Shown here one piece after another: positions 19,546 through 29,994 of a stretch of DNA of 64,000 bases. The position numbers were made by a program, and so were the translations under genes. A model generated the notes under the pieces. That model had not been told where the DNA came from and did not search any database. It saw nothing but the letters and a program-made list of their open reading frames with translations. Within the stretch, counting starts at the first letter, position 1, and each line of letters opens with the position of its first letter. Source of the DNA: Candidatus Helarchaeota archaeon (GTDB taxonomy: Archaea; Asgardarchaeota; Lokiarchaeia; Helarchaeales; RDOG01); contig JAHPZH010000002.1 in assembly GCA_019058315.1 (NCBI GenBank), positions 1,197,910 through 1,261,909 of the forward strand, written 5' to 3'.

Positions 19546-19854
19546 TTATATCAATTGAGAGGATTTTGAAAATACGAGATAAAAAAACCAAATTTGCGTA
19601 ATTGTAAAGAAAATAGCCCCGATTAAATTTAATGTATTTTCTTCTTGAACTTTTGATGGCATAAGTTTAAAGATTGATATATCTCTTGTTTCAGCCAAAA
19701 TATCATCAATTAGAAGAAAGATACCAATACCAAGGTATATAAAGGGCCATATTGGGATATCACGGTCAAATAAAAATAGAGATTCAATAATCAAAATCAC
19801 TCCTATCCAGAAGTGATGCAGAATATATTTTTTAAAGAAATTGATAATTGACAT
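19546..19854 (-). CDS. Small membrane protein (about 3 TM)
   Basis: HHFWIG...LLIDD hydrophobic segments; co-oriented between aor and hypE. Confidence 0.7.
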   Translation of the reverse strand: MSIINFFKKYILHHFWIGVILIIESLFLFDRDIPIWPFIYLGIGIFLLIDDILAETRDISIFKLMPSKVQEENTLNLIGAIFFTITQIWFFYLVFSKSSQLI

Positions 19855-19890
19855 TAAAATTAAATCTATGTAAATTAAAAAAATAAGAAA

Positions 19891-21660
19891 TTAAAGCCAT
19901 TCAGGTTTATCTAGATCAAGTTTCGAAAGTAATCTGTCCGTAGGAATTCCATCTATACTCCAGTTTCGACGCCTATAGTATGCTTCTAACTCCTCATCAA
20001 AATTTTTATTTTTTTCTAAAAATCTAGGCTGAATTGCATCATCTTTTCTTGATAATCCCGCCTCACGAATGCCATATAGTCTTTGGAGTGTAAATATTTT
20101 CTCACCAAGCATCCTAATTTCAATTGCTGAAAAATCCCATCCAGTTATTGCATTTAATATATCAATGATATCAGTAACGGTCATAAATCCTTGTGGCGCA
20201 ACACCAAATTTACATAATATTAAAGAATCGACAATAACGTTCCAATCTTGGTGTGTTTTTATAACATGTGCTTTGCTAGTTGTAATTTCTTGACCAAATT
20301 CTTTTATTGGCATAAATCTCGTAAAATGTGGTTGTCCTTGAAGGTGGTCCGCACCTCTTGAGCTTGTTGCATAAGCAAGATCCATTCCTAATCTCGGATC
20401 ATGTTGTGGAAGTTCTAATCCCTTTACATTCATTGCAAAATCTTTTGCTTTTCCTCCAATTTTTTCTGCTGCCTCTCTAATACCATTTGCTAAAGTGTCT
20501 CCTAATCCTTGCTTTTGAGCTATTTGCTTAAGTAAAGCAATTGCTTTTTTAGAGTCGCCCCATTTGAGTTCTTCAGAAATTAAACCCTCTTGATAGCATT
20601 CCATTGCAAAAGCTATAAGTCCTCCGCTTGAAATTGTATCTATTCCATAATCATTACATAACCAGTTTAACTCAATTAAATCTTCTAGATTTGAATTTAA
20701 TAGCATAGTACCTAGTGCACACATAGTTTCATATTCCGGACCGTGAACTAGTTCATCCCCTTTTCTTATAGTCCTCCCACATCCTATAATGCATCTATGA
20801 CAATAATATTGTTTTTCAAAATATTTTTTCCGCATCTCTTGAGCACTAATTTTTACATGATCTGCCCACCATCTGCTTTGCCAGTTTTGTATTCCTATAT
20901 TCATCATTAAGTGGGCTATCCCAAACATAGCACCAGTACCAAATTTCTTATAATTATCTATTAATATTTGATTGATGAAATCCTTGGATCTATCTGATGT
21001 TCTTTTAGTAAGCTCTTTAAGCTTTTCTGGATCATTTACTTCTGTTTTTTTATCTCCCTTTACCGTGATGATCTTCAGTTTTTTGGAGCCCATAACCGCT
21101 CCCATACCGGTCCGTCCCGCACTTCGTTCATCATTATCTATTATACTTGCAACTTTTACTAGATTTTCGCCAGCAGGTCCGATGGCGACAAATCTCTTGT
21201 CAATGTTCTTTTTTAAATGATAAATACCCTTACCCCAGTAATCTGAAGCATTGAGTAATTCAATATTTTCATTTTCAATTTTTATGTGTGTAGGTTTTTT
21301 CGCAATTCCTGAAATAATAATTCCATCAAAACCTGCTTTTTTTAATTCTGAACCCCAAAAACCGCCACAGCTAGCGAATCCCATTATTCCAGTTGCTGGC
21401 GATTTGGAAATAACTTCATAACGACCACTCATTACGGTATTTCCTGTAAGAGGACCTGTCATAAAAACTATTATGTTATCTGGACCTAAAGCATCACAAT
21501 TTCGAGGAGTTGAATCATATAGAATTTTTGTACCGACCCCTAATCCACCGATATAAGACTTTAAATCCTCTGATAATGCTTCCTGTTTTATTGATTCTTC
21601 GCTTAGGTTAATCCTTATTATTTTTCCTGCATAACCGTCCGACTTGCTCATTTCAATCAC
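19891..21660 (-). CDS. aor: Tungsten-dependent aldehyde:ferredoxin oxidoreductase family
   Basis: GYAGKIIRINLS, KSPATG, GRTGMGAVMGSKKLK, CHRCIIGC, GPEYET, DTIS, RGADH. Confidence 0.93.
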   Translation of the reverse strand: MIEMSKSDGYAGKIIRINLSEESIKQEALSEDLKSYIGGLGVGTKILYDSTPRNCDALGPDNIIVFMTGPLTGNTVMSGRYEVISKSPATGIMGFASCGGFWGSELKKAGFDGIIISGIAKKPTHIKIENENIELLNASDYWGKGIYHLKKNIDKRFVAIGPAGENLVKVASIIDNDERSAGRTGMGAVMGSKKLKIITVKGDKKTEVNDPEKLKELTKRTSDRSKDFINQILIDNYKKFGTGAMFGIAHLMMNIGIQNWQSRWWADHVKISAQEMRKKYFEKQYYCHRCIIGCGRTIRKGDELVHGPEYETMCALGTMLLNSNLEDLIELNWLCNDYGIDTISSGGLIAFAMECYQEGLISEELKWGDSKKAIALLKQIAQKQGLGDTLANGIREAAEKIGGKAKDFAMNVKGLELPQHDPRLGMDLAYATSSRGADHLQGQPHFTRFMPIKEFGQEITTSKAHVIKTHQDWNVIVDSLILCKFGVAPQGFMTVTDIIDILNAITGWDFSAIEIRMLGEKIFTLQRLYGIREAGLSRKDDAIQPRFLEKNKNFDEELEAYYRRRNWSIDGIPTDRLLSKLDLDKPEWL

Positions 21661-21666
21661 ATGGAA

Positions 21667-22818
21667 CTAAAAGAGTCCAGATAAATAATCATATAAGAAT
21701 TCCATTATATCGGGAAGCTCATATTTCTTCTTAATTATTCCGTTTTCTATCCAATACTTGATTACTTTAGGTATTTCAAAGAAAGGATTTATTTCTGGAT
21801 ACCAACCATTTGGGAAATAGGTGGTTGATTTTTCCAAGATTCGCCACTGATTTGCGTTTTTCTTTGTAATTTCTTTAGCTTTTTGGTTCGAAAAACGATG
21901 ATGAGTCATCATATAAGAAGGATCCATTGGCATTTCAAATCCGCCCATCTCAATTCCCATTTCCTCCATCATAGTACCCACTGGTTCCATTCCTTCTAAT
22001 GATGGCATATTTTCCATAAGTCTGTCAACTTGTCTCATCATATTCTTTATAAAATCTTTACCTATTGAACGCTTAGGATTATAGAATCTACCATGAGTTT
22101 CTTGAGCGGTTAAATCTGCCAGATCACGCATTGTAACAGGATAATCATCAGATACAATGTATGATTGCCCAAATTCTCCACGTTCCATTAATAATAATGT
22201 TGCAGGCGCAATATCGAGAGGATGGACCAAATTTAATTTAAAAGATCCCTTCTCAACTTGAACAAATAGAATACCCATCGCCGCTATCTCGACAATTTCT
22301 TTGAACATATATCGATTTCTCTCATCATAAATTAAAGCGGGTTCTATAATTATCGATTTATTTGGAAGTTTTTTTAATGTTAAGTCAAATTCTTCTGCTT
22401 TAGTTCTAGTATAAGAATCTTCAAGAACTCGGGGTTTTTCTTCAGTTATTGCAACATCATCTTCCGTTCCACCATGAAGTGCAGCTGTTGCGATAGTAAC
22501 CCAAACCTTGACTTTATCTCCTAATAAATTAATTAGATTTTCAGTTCCTTCTATATGAACTTTCTTATGAAGTTCTGTTGCAGTTATGTCTATAACACCA
22601 GCACAATGAATAACTCCATCAAGATCAATTTCTCCTAATGGTTTAATGGATTCCTTATCTGAAATATCTGCCTTTATGAATTTTTTATCTGGATAATCTG
22701 GCTCACGAATATCTGTATGATATACATCATAACCCCATTCACGTCCAATTTTTACAAGTGCCGCACCAAACGAACCTGCGCTACCAGTTACCAATATAGT
22801 TTTTCCCAATAATATCAT
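21667..22818 (-). CDS. NAD-dependent epimerase/dehydratase (extended SDR)
   Basis: LVTGSAGSFG Rossmann motif; YTRTK catalytic YxxxK. Confidence 0.85.
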   Translation of the reverse strand: MILLGKTILVTGSAGSFGAALVKIGREWGYDVYHTDIREPDYPDKKFIKADISDKESIKPLGEIDLDGVIHCAGVIDITATELHKKVHIEGTENLINLLGDKVKVWVTIATAALHGGTEDDVAITEEKPRVLEDSYTRTKAEEFDLTLKKLPNKSIIIEPALIYDERNRYMFKEIVEIAAMGILFVQVEKGSFKLNLVHPLDIAPATLLLMERGEFGQSYIVSDDYPVTMRDLADLTAQETHGRFYNPKRSIGKDFIKNMMRQVDRLMENMPSLEGMEPVGTMMEEMGIEMGGFEMPMDPSYMMTHHRFSNQKAKEITKKNANQWRILEKSTTYFPNGWYPEINPFFEIPKVIKYWIENGIIKKKYELPDIMEFLYDYLSGLF

Positions 22819-23094
22819 CTCACTTTAAATTTCTAAATATTCTATTATTTCTTTAAAATCAAATTAAATTTCATTAGAATTAGTATAAAAACTATTATTA
22901 TATTATATTTTACAAATAAAAATTATTTTATAAATTAAAAATATTTGTGAATCATTTTTCTAACTGTGTGAAGAATAAGTATCTTTTTACAAGAAAATTC
23001 TGATTTTTAATAAAAAAAGGAAAAAATAAATTATTGTGCTTCTTTCTTCTTATATTGACTATGTATGTTGCATTTACCTTTATTATTTCACTTA

Positions 23095-24723
23095 TTACCC
23101 CATGATAATTAATAGCAATATTAATAATAGTATAAAATTCCAATCTATTCCATCATCAGAAGGAACCGTATTATCAAATGTAACCTGTGAAGTAGAATTG
23201 TAAAAATTCGGACAGCCAGCATATGATACTTTGATTGGTATTAATGTATTGGGTAATGATGTTAAGTTATAGCTAATATAAGCCATTCCGTTAATGTCAG
23301 TATTATTGGACCCTAATGGATTCCAAGCTCCTCCGTAATATGCCTCAAATTGCAAAGTAACATTATATAGACTCCAATCATCTTGTTCTTTTATTTCTGC
23401 CATTATAGTCTCATTAGCTGTGGGATTTATTCCAAGAGGCAAGATGGTTATATTCGTAGGCTCCCTACAATTTTGTAGTGTAGGATCTCCAAATAGATTC
23501 GTTCCTTCGGTATAATTTTCCCATTGTTGCATCCAATTATTTCCCATCCACTGCCAATATGTTGGAAAAGGTTCTCTAAAACCTGTCGGATAGTTACTGG
23601 TTTTATAGCCTCTTAAATGCATTTCTCTCCATGCATCACCAATTGAATCTCCGCCCGAAAGATCCAAATAGAAGTCGTGTGTTCCATACCAAAATCCTCC
23701 TTCTCTTGCACATGAAATCGAAACTTGTCCATTTGTATTGCCGAATATGTACCATCCCCCAAGATAATTTAGGTAAGTAAAATTTCCAGCCTTGCAATTG
23801 TAAAGATTGAAAAATTCCGCATTTTTTTGAGTATTATTTATCTCCGACCAAGTAATCGTGAGTAGAGAAGGCTTAATTTGATGTGCATCTGGCCAACTAT
23901 GCACACAACCCCAAAACCATTCATAATCTAAAGTGAGGTTTGCAAGGTAGTTAGGTTTATCAGTTAGCGGAGGGATTATAGTATTGTTAAATAGAGTGCG
24001 ATTTGCAATAGGATATAACTCACCAAGGCAAGCATCAAGTTGAAATGAATAAGGAAATACTGCCCAATCATCATCCATCCATAAAAGTCCTCTTTGAGCT
24101 CCTCTAGAACCCACATTTCTTATTAAATGATTTCTGGCAAAATAATCTATATATAAGTTAACTTCATTTACTAATTTACTTGCATCTATCCTAGAAACCC
24201 AAATTTCGGGTCCCTTATTACTTGCCGTCGTATTTAAAGTATCTGCTGTGTTATTTCCGTCGAGATCTTGGAAATCACCGTCTAGATCCATATAATAATA
24301 ATCCCATGGGAATCTAAACCATTTTGGACCTGGACATAGATATACATGCTCATAGAAAAATGCCGGTACACTTCCAACTAAAATTGCACCTCTAAGTCCG
24401 ATATTTTGATAAGTATTATTGAGAAAATTTCGGACTTGAGAATGATTCCAGGAATTGGGAAATACTTTTAAAGACACGTTGCATTTAAGACCCGTTTTTA
24501 TGTCTTGCATAAATGTTAATAATTCGTTATAAATTGAATTATTTAATGTTGTATTTACTAGAATCATCACAGTATTGTCAGATATACCACCTTGACTCGT
24601 AGTTAAGTCTGAATTATCGTTTGTTTTTGGAATAGAGGAATATAATTGTATACTTTCTATATTCAACAGTGGAAGTAAAGTCATTGAAATCAGTAAGAAC
24701 GAAATGAGATATTTTCTATTCAT
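23095..24723 (-). CDS. Secreted, C-terminally membrane-anchored peptidase C25 (gingipain)-like protein
   Basis: Signal peptide; PEIWVSRI, CVHSWP (His), LYNCKAGNF (Cys), LFGDPTL; many NxS/T sequons; hydrophobic C-terminus. Confidence 0.75.
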   Translation of the reverse strand: MNRKYLISFLLISMTLLPLLNIESIQLYSSIPKTNDNSDLTTSQGGISDNTVMILVNTTLNNSIYNELLTFMQDIKTGLKCNVSLKVFPNSWNHSQVRNFLNNTYQNIGLRGAILVGSVPAFFYEHVYLCPGPKWFRFPWDYYYMDLDGDFQDLDGNNTADTLNTTASNKGPEIWVSRIDASKLVNEVNLYIDYFARNHLIRNVGSRGAQRGLLWMDDDWAVFPYSFQLDACLGELYPIANRTLFNNTIIPPLTDKPNYLANLTLDYEWFWGCVHSWPDAHQIKPSLLTITWSEINNTQKNAEFFNLYNCKAGNFTYLNYLGGWYIFGNTNGQVSISCAREGGFWYGTHDFYLDLSGGDSIGDAWREMHLRGYKTSNYPTGFREPFPTYWQWMGNNWMQQWENYTEGTNLFGDPTLQNCREPTNITILPLGINPTANETIMAEIKEQDDWSLYNVTLQFEAYYGGAWNPLGSNNTDINGMAYISYNLTSLPNTLIPIKVSYAGCPNFYNSTSQVTFDNTVPSDDGIDWNFILLLILLLIIMG

Positions 24724-24905
24724 AGATTTGTCTCCAAACTATTTAGAATACAATATATAATCGGTAGCTATATTAATGTTTCAATAGTTAAAAAATCTTC
24801 AAAGAAATAAAGTCTTAGAGAAAAATATAATGCCTTTTTAAAAATAGAAACAAAATATAATTGCAGAAAAACTAATTAAAATAAATTTGGCTAAAAATAA
24901 GATAA

Positions 24906-26048
24906 TTATCTTGTTATTATTAGGTTATCTAATTCTTCTAACATTTTTTTTATTTTAGGTTTTTCAAAATGTTTTCTGGCTGGCTCTAGAAGTGCGATTA
25001 ATTTATTTACGACTGCATTTTTTAAATCCATAGGATGTAATTGTTTCTCTAGAAACGCTTTTTCCAATTCGTCATAAGAATAATAAGTTATATCTCCACC
25101 AAATTTTTCAGGTCTTTCAATTAAAAGTTCTGATTTTTTCTCTCTGAAAATCAAGCGTTTAACCCAATCTAAAATTGGATTAAATTCTATTTCACCTTCT
25201 GGACAAAATGCGTTTTTGATTTTCCTTTTTATTTCTTTTGGTGAATCGTGTATAAATATACATGTATCGGGTTTAGATTTGCTCATTTTTAAAGAAGACC
25301 ATAATTCTTGTACCTGATCTTTGGGTATAGGCCAGATAGGTGGTTTTCCAAGACCAAGTATTAAAGGATGATGAACCGCTATAGGTTTTATTTTATTACC
25401 TTCCTCATCCATAAGTGGTTTTAATTTTAATTTTAAGGCTACCTCTCTAGCAATAACTTGTGCTTTTCTTTGGTCCGAACCAGCGTGAGGTAAAGAAACT
25501 CCTTGAATAAAAATGTCGGCTACTTGCATGGGTGGATAAAGTAATTTGGCGAAATCTAAAGAACCTCCTTCCTTTCTACCCATGATTGTAATAGATCTTT
25601 TAATCCTTGCAAGGGTTGTATTTTTACTAATTTCAATCATAGTTGCCCAAAAATCATCATTATTATGATATAATTCGGATCCTAATACAAATTTTAATTT
25701 ATCAGGATTTCCGCCTAAACATTCTAAGCTGGCTTTCATTCCCTCTTTAAAATAACCAACCCCGACTCTCTTTATTGTTTCCATATCTCCTCCAAGTTTA
25801 TCATTAATCCAACTATGCCAGTCTGCAAGAAAAATAGATACATCTACACCTGCATCCATAAAATCTTTAATTTTGTTCATACACATTATTCCAGTCCCTA
25901 AATGTATTTTTCCAGAGATTTCAAAGCCAATATAATGTTTAAAATGATGACCGGCATCTAAGAGAATTTTTAAATCTTTTTCAGTCAAAACTTCTTCAGT
26001 ATTCCTCGTAATTAGATCAAATTTTTTTTGCACATCCAATTTTATCAT
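24906..26048 (-). CDS. tyrS: Tyrosyl-tRNA synthetase (archaeal type)
   Basis: YIGFEISGKIHLG, LADWHSWIN, YPPMQVADI, DQRK, KMSKS, LHPMDLK. Confidence 0.97.
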   Translation of the reverse strand: MIKLDVQKKFDLITRNTEEVLTEKDLKILLDAGHHFKHYIGFEISGKIHLGTGIMCMNKIKDFMDAGVDVSIFLADWHSWINDKLGGDMETIKRVGVGYFKEGMKASLECLGGNPDKLKFVLGSELYHNNDDFWATMIEISKNTTLARIKRSITIMGRKEGGSLDFAKLLYPPMQVADIFIQGVSLPHAGSDQRKAQVIAREVALKLKLKPLMDEEGNKIKPIAVHHPLILGLGKPPIWPIPKDQVQELWSSLKMSKSKPDTCIFIHDSPKEIKRKIKNAFCPEGEIEFNPILDWVKRLIFREKKSELLIERPEKFGGDITYYSYDELEKAFLEKQLHPMDLKNAVVNKLIALLEPARKHFEKPKIKKMLEELDNLIITR

Positions 26049-26133
26049 CCCTTATAGCTTTATGAAATACAAAATTTATTCCTAGTATTATATTTCCAAT
26101 TTTCTAGGATATAATATAAGTATTTATAGAAGA

Positions 26134-26319
26134 TTAAATAATTGTATAAAAATCTGGCTTATCATGAGATATTTCCCATTCATATCCACAATATGCACAT
26201 TGAATTCTTCTTTTTTGTTGATTTTGCTCTAAGATTATTAAATTAGGTGGAGTTAAATATTTTGCACAATTAGGACATTGAACTGGTCCTCTTTCAATTG
26301 GAAAAATTACTCGTGCCAT
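26134..26319 (-). CDS. Small zinc-ribbon protein
   Basis: CPNC...CAYCGYEW; GTGA RBS. Confidence 0.75.
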   Translation of the reverse strand: MARVIFPIERGPVQCPNCAKYLTPPNLIILEQNQQKRRIQCAYCGYEWEISHDKPDFYTII

Positions 26320-26373
26320 AATATCACTTAAAAAAATAATAGTTAAAAGTTTTGGAAAAATTAAAAATAGATA

Positions 26374-26964
26374 TTATTCTTCTATCTTTTCTTTTATTTC
26401 ATATCGTTTTCTGTTTGTAAAAACTTGCATAATATCCCGATAGGATTGAACAGTTTTTTCTCTTAAATCCTTTGTTCTATCAACAAGATTATAGAAAACG
26501 AGTTCAGGTCGTCTTATATATTTTATAAAACTATTAAGTGGATCGAATGAAATCTCACTTTTCTTAGTTTCTGGGGTTACTAAACCATATTGGTTTCCAA
26601 TAATCTCATCTATTGGAAAATCATCAAAGTCAGAAATTTTCCCTGAAAAATATTTCAACTGTGTTTTATATTTTTCAATAAATTGTTCTCCAATAATTTT
26701 AAGAACATTTCGTGTTAATTCGCTGTCATCAGTTTTTGGGGTTATTCCTACCACAATAATTGGTGGGATTTTATAAAAAATAATCTTTGATTCATTAAGA
26801 ATTATTTCCTGGATTGATTCATTTTTAGTTTCTTGACTTAAATCTTCCATAGCTTTTAAAAAACCAACAAATATAATATCCTCTTTGACGGGGATTGAAG
26901 TATATTTCCTAATGAATAAGCTAATTCCCGAATCGTTATTAATAATGTGTATGCTCTCTAACAT
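26374..26964 (-). CDS. Longin-domain protein
   Basis: IHIINNDSGISLF...FVGFLKAMEDLSQE...LKIIGEQFIEKY...FSGKISDF. Confidence 0.8.
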   Translation of the reverse strand: MLESIHIINNDSGISLFIRKYTSIPVKEDIIFVGFLKAMEDLSQETKNESIQEIILNESKIIFYKIPPIIVVGITPKTDDSELTRNVLKIIGEQFIEKYKTQLKYFSGKISDFDDFPIDEIIGNQYGLVTPETKKSEISFDPLNSFIKYIRRPELVFYNLVDRTKDLREKTVQSYRDIMQVFTNRKRYEIKEKIEE

Positions 26965-27332
26965 GTTGTACCAAAACTTTAGAATTACTTTTTTATATTT
27001 TTATTTTCAAGATTTTTTGTTTTCTGTTAAAAATCTAGATTAATTTTTATAAAAAAAAGAAAAAGTTTATTACTTAAATATATTCTTATCGGTAAAACAG
27101 TTAATTCAAATAAGAAATCCACTATAAATTCATTTTTCTTTTGAGAATTTCATAAAAATATTTTTATTTTTCTCCATTTTTTTAGCGATACTTAAAATAT
27201 ACTGATAAAAATCAGAAGAAATTTTATACTCAATTGAAATTTACTTAATTTTTTCCGACATTTTTAAATAATTCAAAACATCTAATAATTATTTAATAAC
27301 AATTCTTGAAATAAATTTGAAAGTGCTCTCCT

Positions 27333-28088
27333 TTGTATTACGATATTTACATCTTAGAAAGTAAAGGCACTTGCGTTTATCACCAACAATTCTCCGAATT
27401 AAAAGACCGGAGGGTAGGTCCGGATTTAATTTCGGGATTTTTTTCTGCTATGTGCTTATTCTCAAAGGAATTAATTAATAAAAAGCCTGAAATAATGGAA
27501 ATTGAAGATGTAAGATTAGTTTTTAATGAATATAAAGATCATATTTTTGTAGCAATTATTGATGAAAATGAAAGCATCGCCCAAGTTCAAGAACTCCTTA
27601 GTAAAATAAGTCAAAAATTTTTTCAAAATTATGGTACTTACTTAGAAAAGTGGGATAGAGACGTTGAACTTTTTAGAGGTTTTGAAAAACAAGTTGAATT
27701 GATTATAATTAAAGCAGACATTGACAGGATAATGCTAATTGAAAAATTAGAGAATTTATTAGACTTAAAAGATGAAAAAATTGACGGAATATTAATCCTA
27801 ACGTCTAGAGGCGATGCAATGCTTTCAAGTATTACAAATGAAAAAATTAAACAATATATAGTAAAACTTATAGAAAATAATTGGAGATCGGGAATTCTTT
27901 CTGGCCAAATGATTATTAGAATGAATGATCAATATGTTCTTATTGAACAACTCTCTGATTTCCTTATGGGTGCTATATTGATGCAAAATCATATTTCGAT
28001 TGATCGTTCTAGAGAAATTTGTAAAGTATTATTTATAAATTTAAAAGAACAAGTAAAGAAAAAAATTGAGAGCGTATCTGAAATTTAA
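27333..28088 (+). CDS. Longin plus roadblock/profilin-like two-domain protein
   Basis: N-terminal PDLISGFFSAMCLFSKEL longin domain; C-terminal IDGILILTSRGDAMLSS roadblock-like pattern. Confidence 0.75.
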   Translation: MYYDIYILESKGTCVYHQQFSELKDRRVGPDLISGFFSAMCLFSKELINKKPEIMEIEDVRLVFNEYKDHIFVAIIDENESIAQVQELLSKISQKFFQNYGTYLEKWDRDVELFRGFEKQVELIIIKADIDRIMLIEKLENLLDLKDEKIDGILILTSRGDAMLSSITNEKIKQYIVKLIENNWRSGILSGQMIIRMNDQYVLIEQLSDFLMGAILMQNHISIDRSREICKVLFINLKEQVKKKIESVSEI

Positions 28089-28118
28089 TTTTGAAGTTTA
28101 TTTTAATTAATTTTGATT

Positions 28119-29243
28119 TTACAATTTTTTAATTACTTTTTTTCCTTTTTCTAACTCAATCACACCAGAATTTCTTATAATTTTTGCGTTTTCTCGTCTT
28201 TCCTCTTCAGTTTCCCAACAAACTAATTGACAAAAACCACAAGTTACTCGAAATTCTTCAGCAGGTTTTACTTCCTTAGAAAAACCCAATTGTGTATCTG
28301 TGGCAAGTCGCAGGACATTTTGAGCTTTTTCTCCTCCTGCTAATATATAGTTGACAAATGTTTGCTGCACTATCTTTTCGGCCTCTTTATCATCGTCAGG
28401 GATTTCAATCCTCCATGGAGACCATGTCGACCAACTCTTAAACTTAGATTGACCCGTAAATGCACCACAAGAAAGAATACATTTAGCTAAAGTATGTTTT
28501 TTACCAATAGTTTCTTCAATATCCCCAATTTTTACAGTTTGGGTTTCACTACTATCAAAAAATTGCGCTTGACATGCCGAAACACAGACCTTACATTTAC
28601 TACATGGATTAGTCTCTAAATAAGGATCAGGCTTTAACTTGGCATTTGTAACAACAGATCCGAGATATATTCTGGCTCCGTATTTTGGTGTCATTAAGTT
28701 TCCACTCCATCCCAACCTACCAAGACCACATGCAACACCTACATATCGATGAGATATTTTAGGAGTCAAATCCAAATTAAAAACTTTCATACCACCCCGC
28801 TTCATGGCTTGAATCATAGGATTTTCTGGTTCATTTTGTGCTAATTTAATCAATTGCTCTAATTGTTTGATTTGTTTCTTACCCCTTCTTTTAATCTTGC
28901 GATAATCCATATTAACTTCACAATTAACTGCTTCGTAACCTTTTGACTCCAAAAAATCCTTTATAGCATTTCCAATGTCTTCAATTTTATGGTATGTCTC
29001 TCCTTCAGTCAGACTCATCGCTTTTTGTGCTGAAAAGTCAGTTTTTTGTAAAAAATTACGAATTATTTTCTTATCTATTGGAACAATAAATCCGATTACT
29101 GATTCAGCATTCGGTAGTATATATGTAGGGTCAGAACAGTCTATTAACCTTTCTTTCGAAGTTATACCAACTGCTGCAGCTCCAGCTTTTTTTGCTACTT
29201 CTTTTATTTCATCTTCTAAACTTGTCTGTTTAAGTTCAGTCAA
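28119..29243 (-). CDS. QueG / reductive dehalogenase-like cobalamin and Fe-S protein
   Basis: GAAAVGI, SHRYVGVACGLGRLGWSGNLMTPKYGARIYLGSVVT, CSKCKVCVSAC, CILSC, CGFCQLVC. Confidence 0.85.
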   Translation of the reverse strand: MTELKQTSLEDEIKEVAKKAGAAAVGITSKERLIDCSDPTYILPNAESVIGFIVPIDKKIIRNFLQKTDFSAQKAMSLTEGETYHKIEDIGNAIKDFLESKGYEAVNCEVNMDYRKIKRRGKKQIKQLEQLIKLAQNEPENPMIQAMKRGGMKVFNLDLTPKISHRYVGVACGLGRLGWSGNLMTPKYGARIYLGSVVTNAKLKPDPYLETNPCSKCKVCVSACQAQFFDSSETQTVKIGDIEETIGKKHTLAKCILSCGAFTGQSKFKSWSTWSPWRIEIPDDDKEAEKIVQQTFVNYILAGGEKAQNVLRLATDTQLGFSKEVKPAEEFRVTCGFCQLVCWETEEERRENAKIIRNSGVIELEKGKKVIKKL

Positions 29244-29381
29244 ATTAAATCTCCTACTATTAAATTTTTAAGGAAAAATGAGTCTTAATGGTAAAATTGA
29301 TTTTAAATATAATAATATTTCATAGGAATTCTAATAAGTAAAAAGAAATTAGAAAAATAAAAAAAAAGGAAGGGGTTAAGT

Positions 29382-29603
29382 TTAAATGCTTTGTAATGCG
29401 ATTTTAATATCTTCTTTAGAAACAGTTTTTCTTTTTGCATGTTTTGTTAGTTCAAGTGCTTTTTTAGTAATGGTAATGGCTGTATCTTGTAGCCAATCCA
29501 TCAAAGCTGTGATAGCATCTGCGCTTACAATGTTTGCATCAGCTTCTACTTTCATTAATCTTCTTAAAGCAGTTTTGGTTATAACTTTAGCTTTTTTTGC
29601 CAT
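29382..29603 (-). CDS. Archaeal histone (HMf-like)
   Basis: TALRRLMK...IVSADA...HAKRKTVSKEDI histone fold. Confidence 0.93.
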   Translation of the reverse strand: MAKKAKVITKTALRRLMKVEADANIVSADAITALMDWLQDTAITITKKALELTKHAKRKTVSKEDIKIALQSI

Positions 29604-29994
29604 ATTTCAAACCTCAAAAAAATTATTTTTAATCAAAAATTATGGATTTTTTTAAGTCCAAAATTTTTTTAGTACAAAATCTTTTGTATAAGATTTGTCT
29701 AATGAGAAAAAAAGGCTAAACTCATATATAAATCATTCGATCTCAATTTTAGAATTTGGATTTCCGACAAATTTTTTAATGATATTTTTTTAGATGAAAT
29801 GATTTTTGTCGGTTTCTTCCTCATGAAACGCGGTTAAAAATATTATACCTAATATGACTAAAGTGATTCCCAATATTTGAAAAATTATTAATTTTTCATC
29901 AAATAACAAATTTATCCCTTAAAGAACTAATATCATCTAAATCAATAAACAATAATTGTTTAAAAATATGAAAGCTGTAATGTAAAATTTTAAA

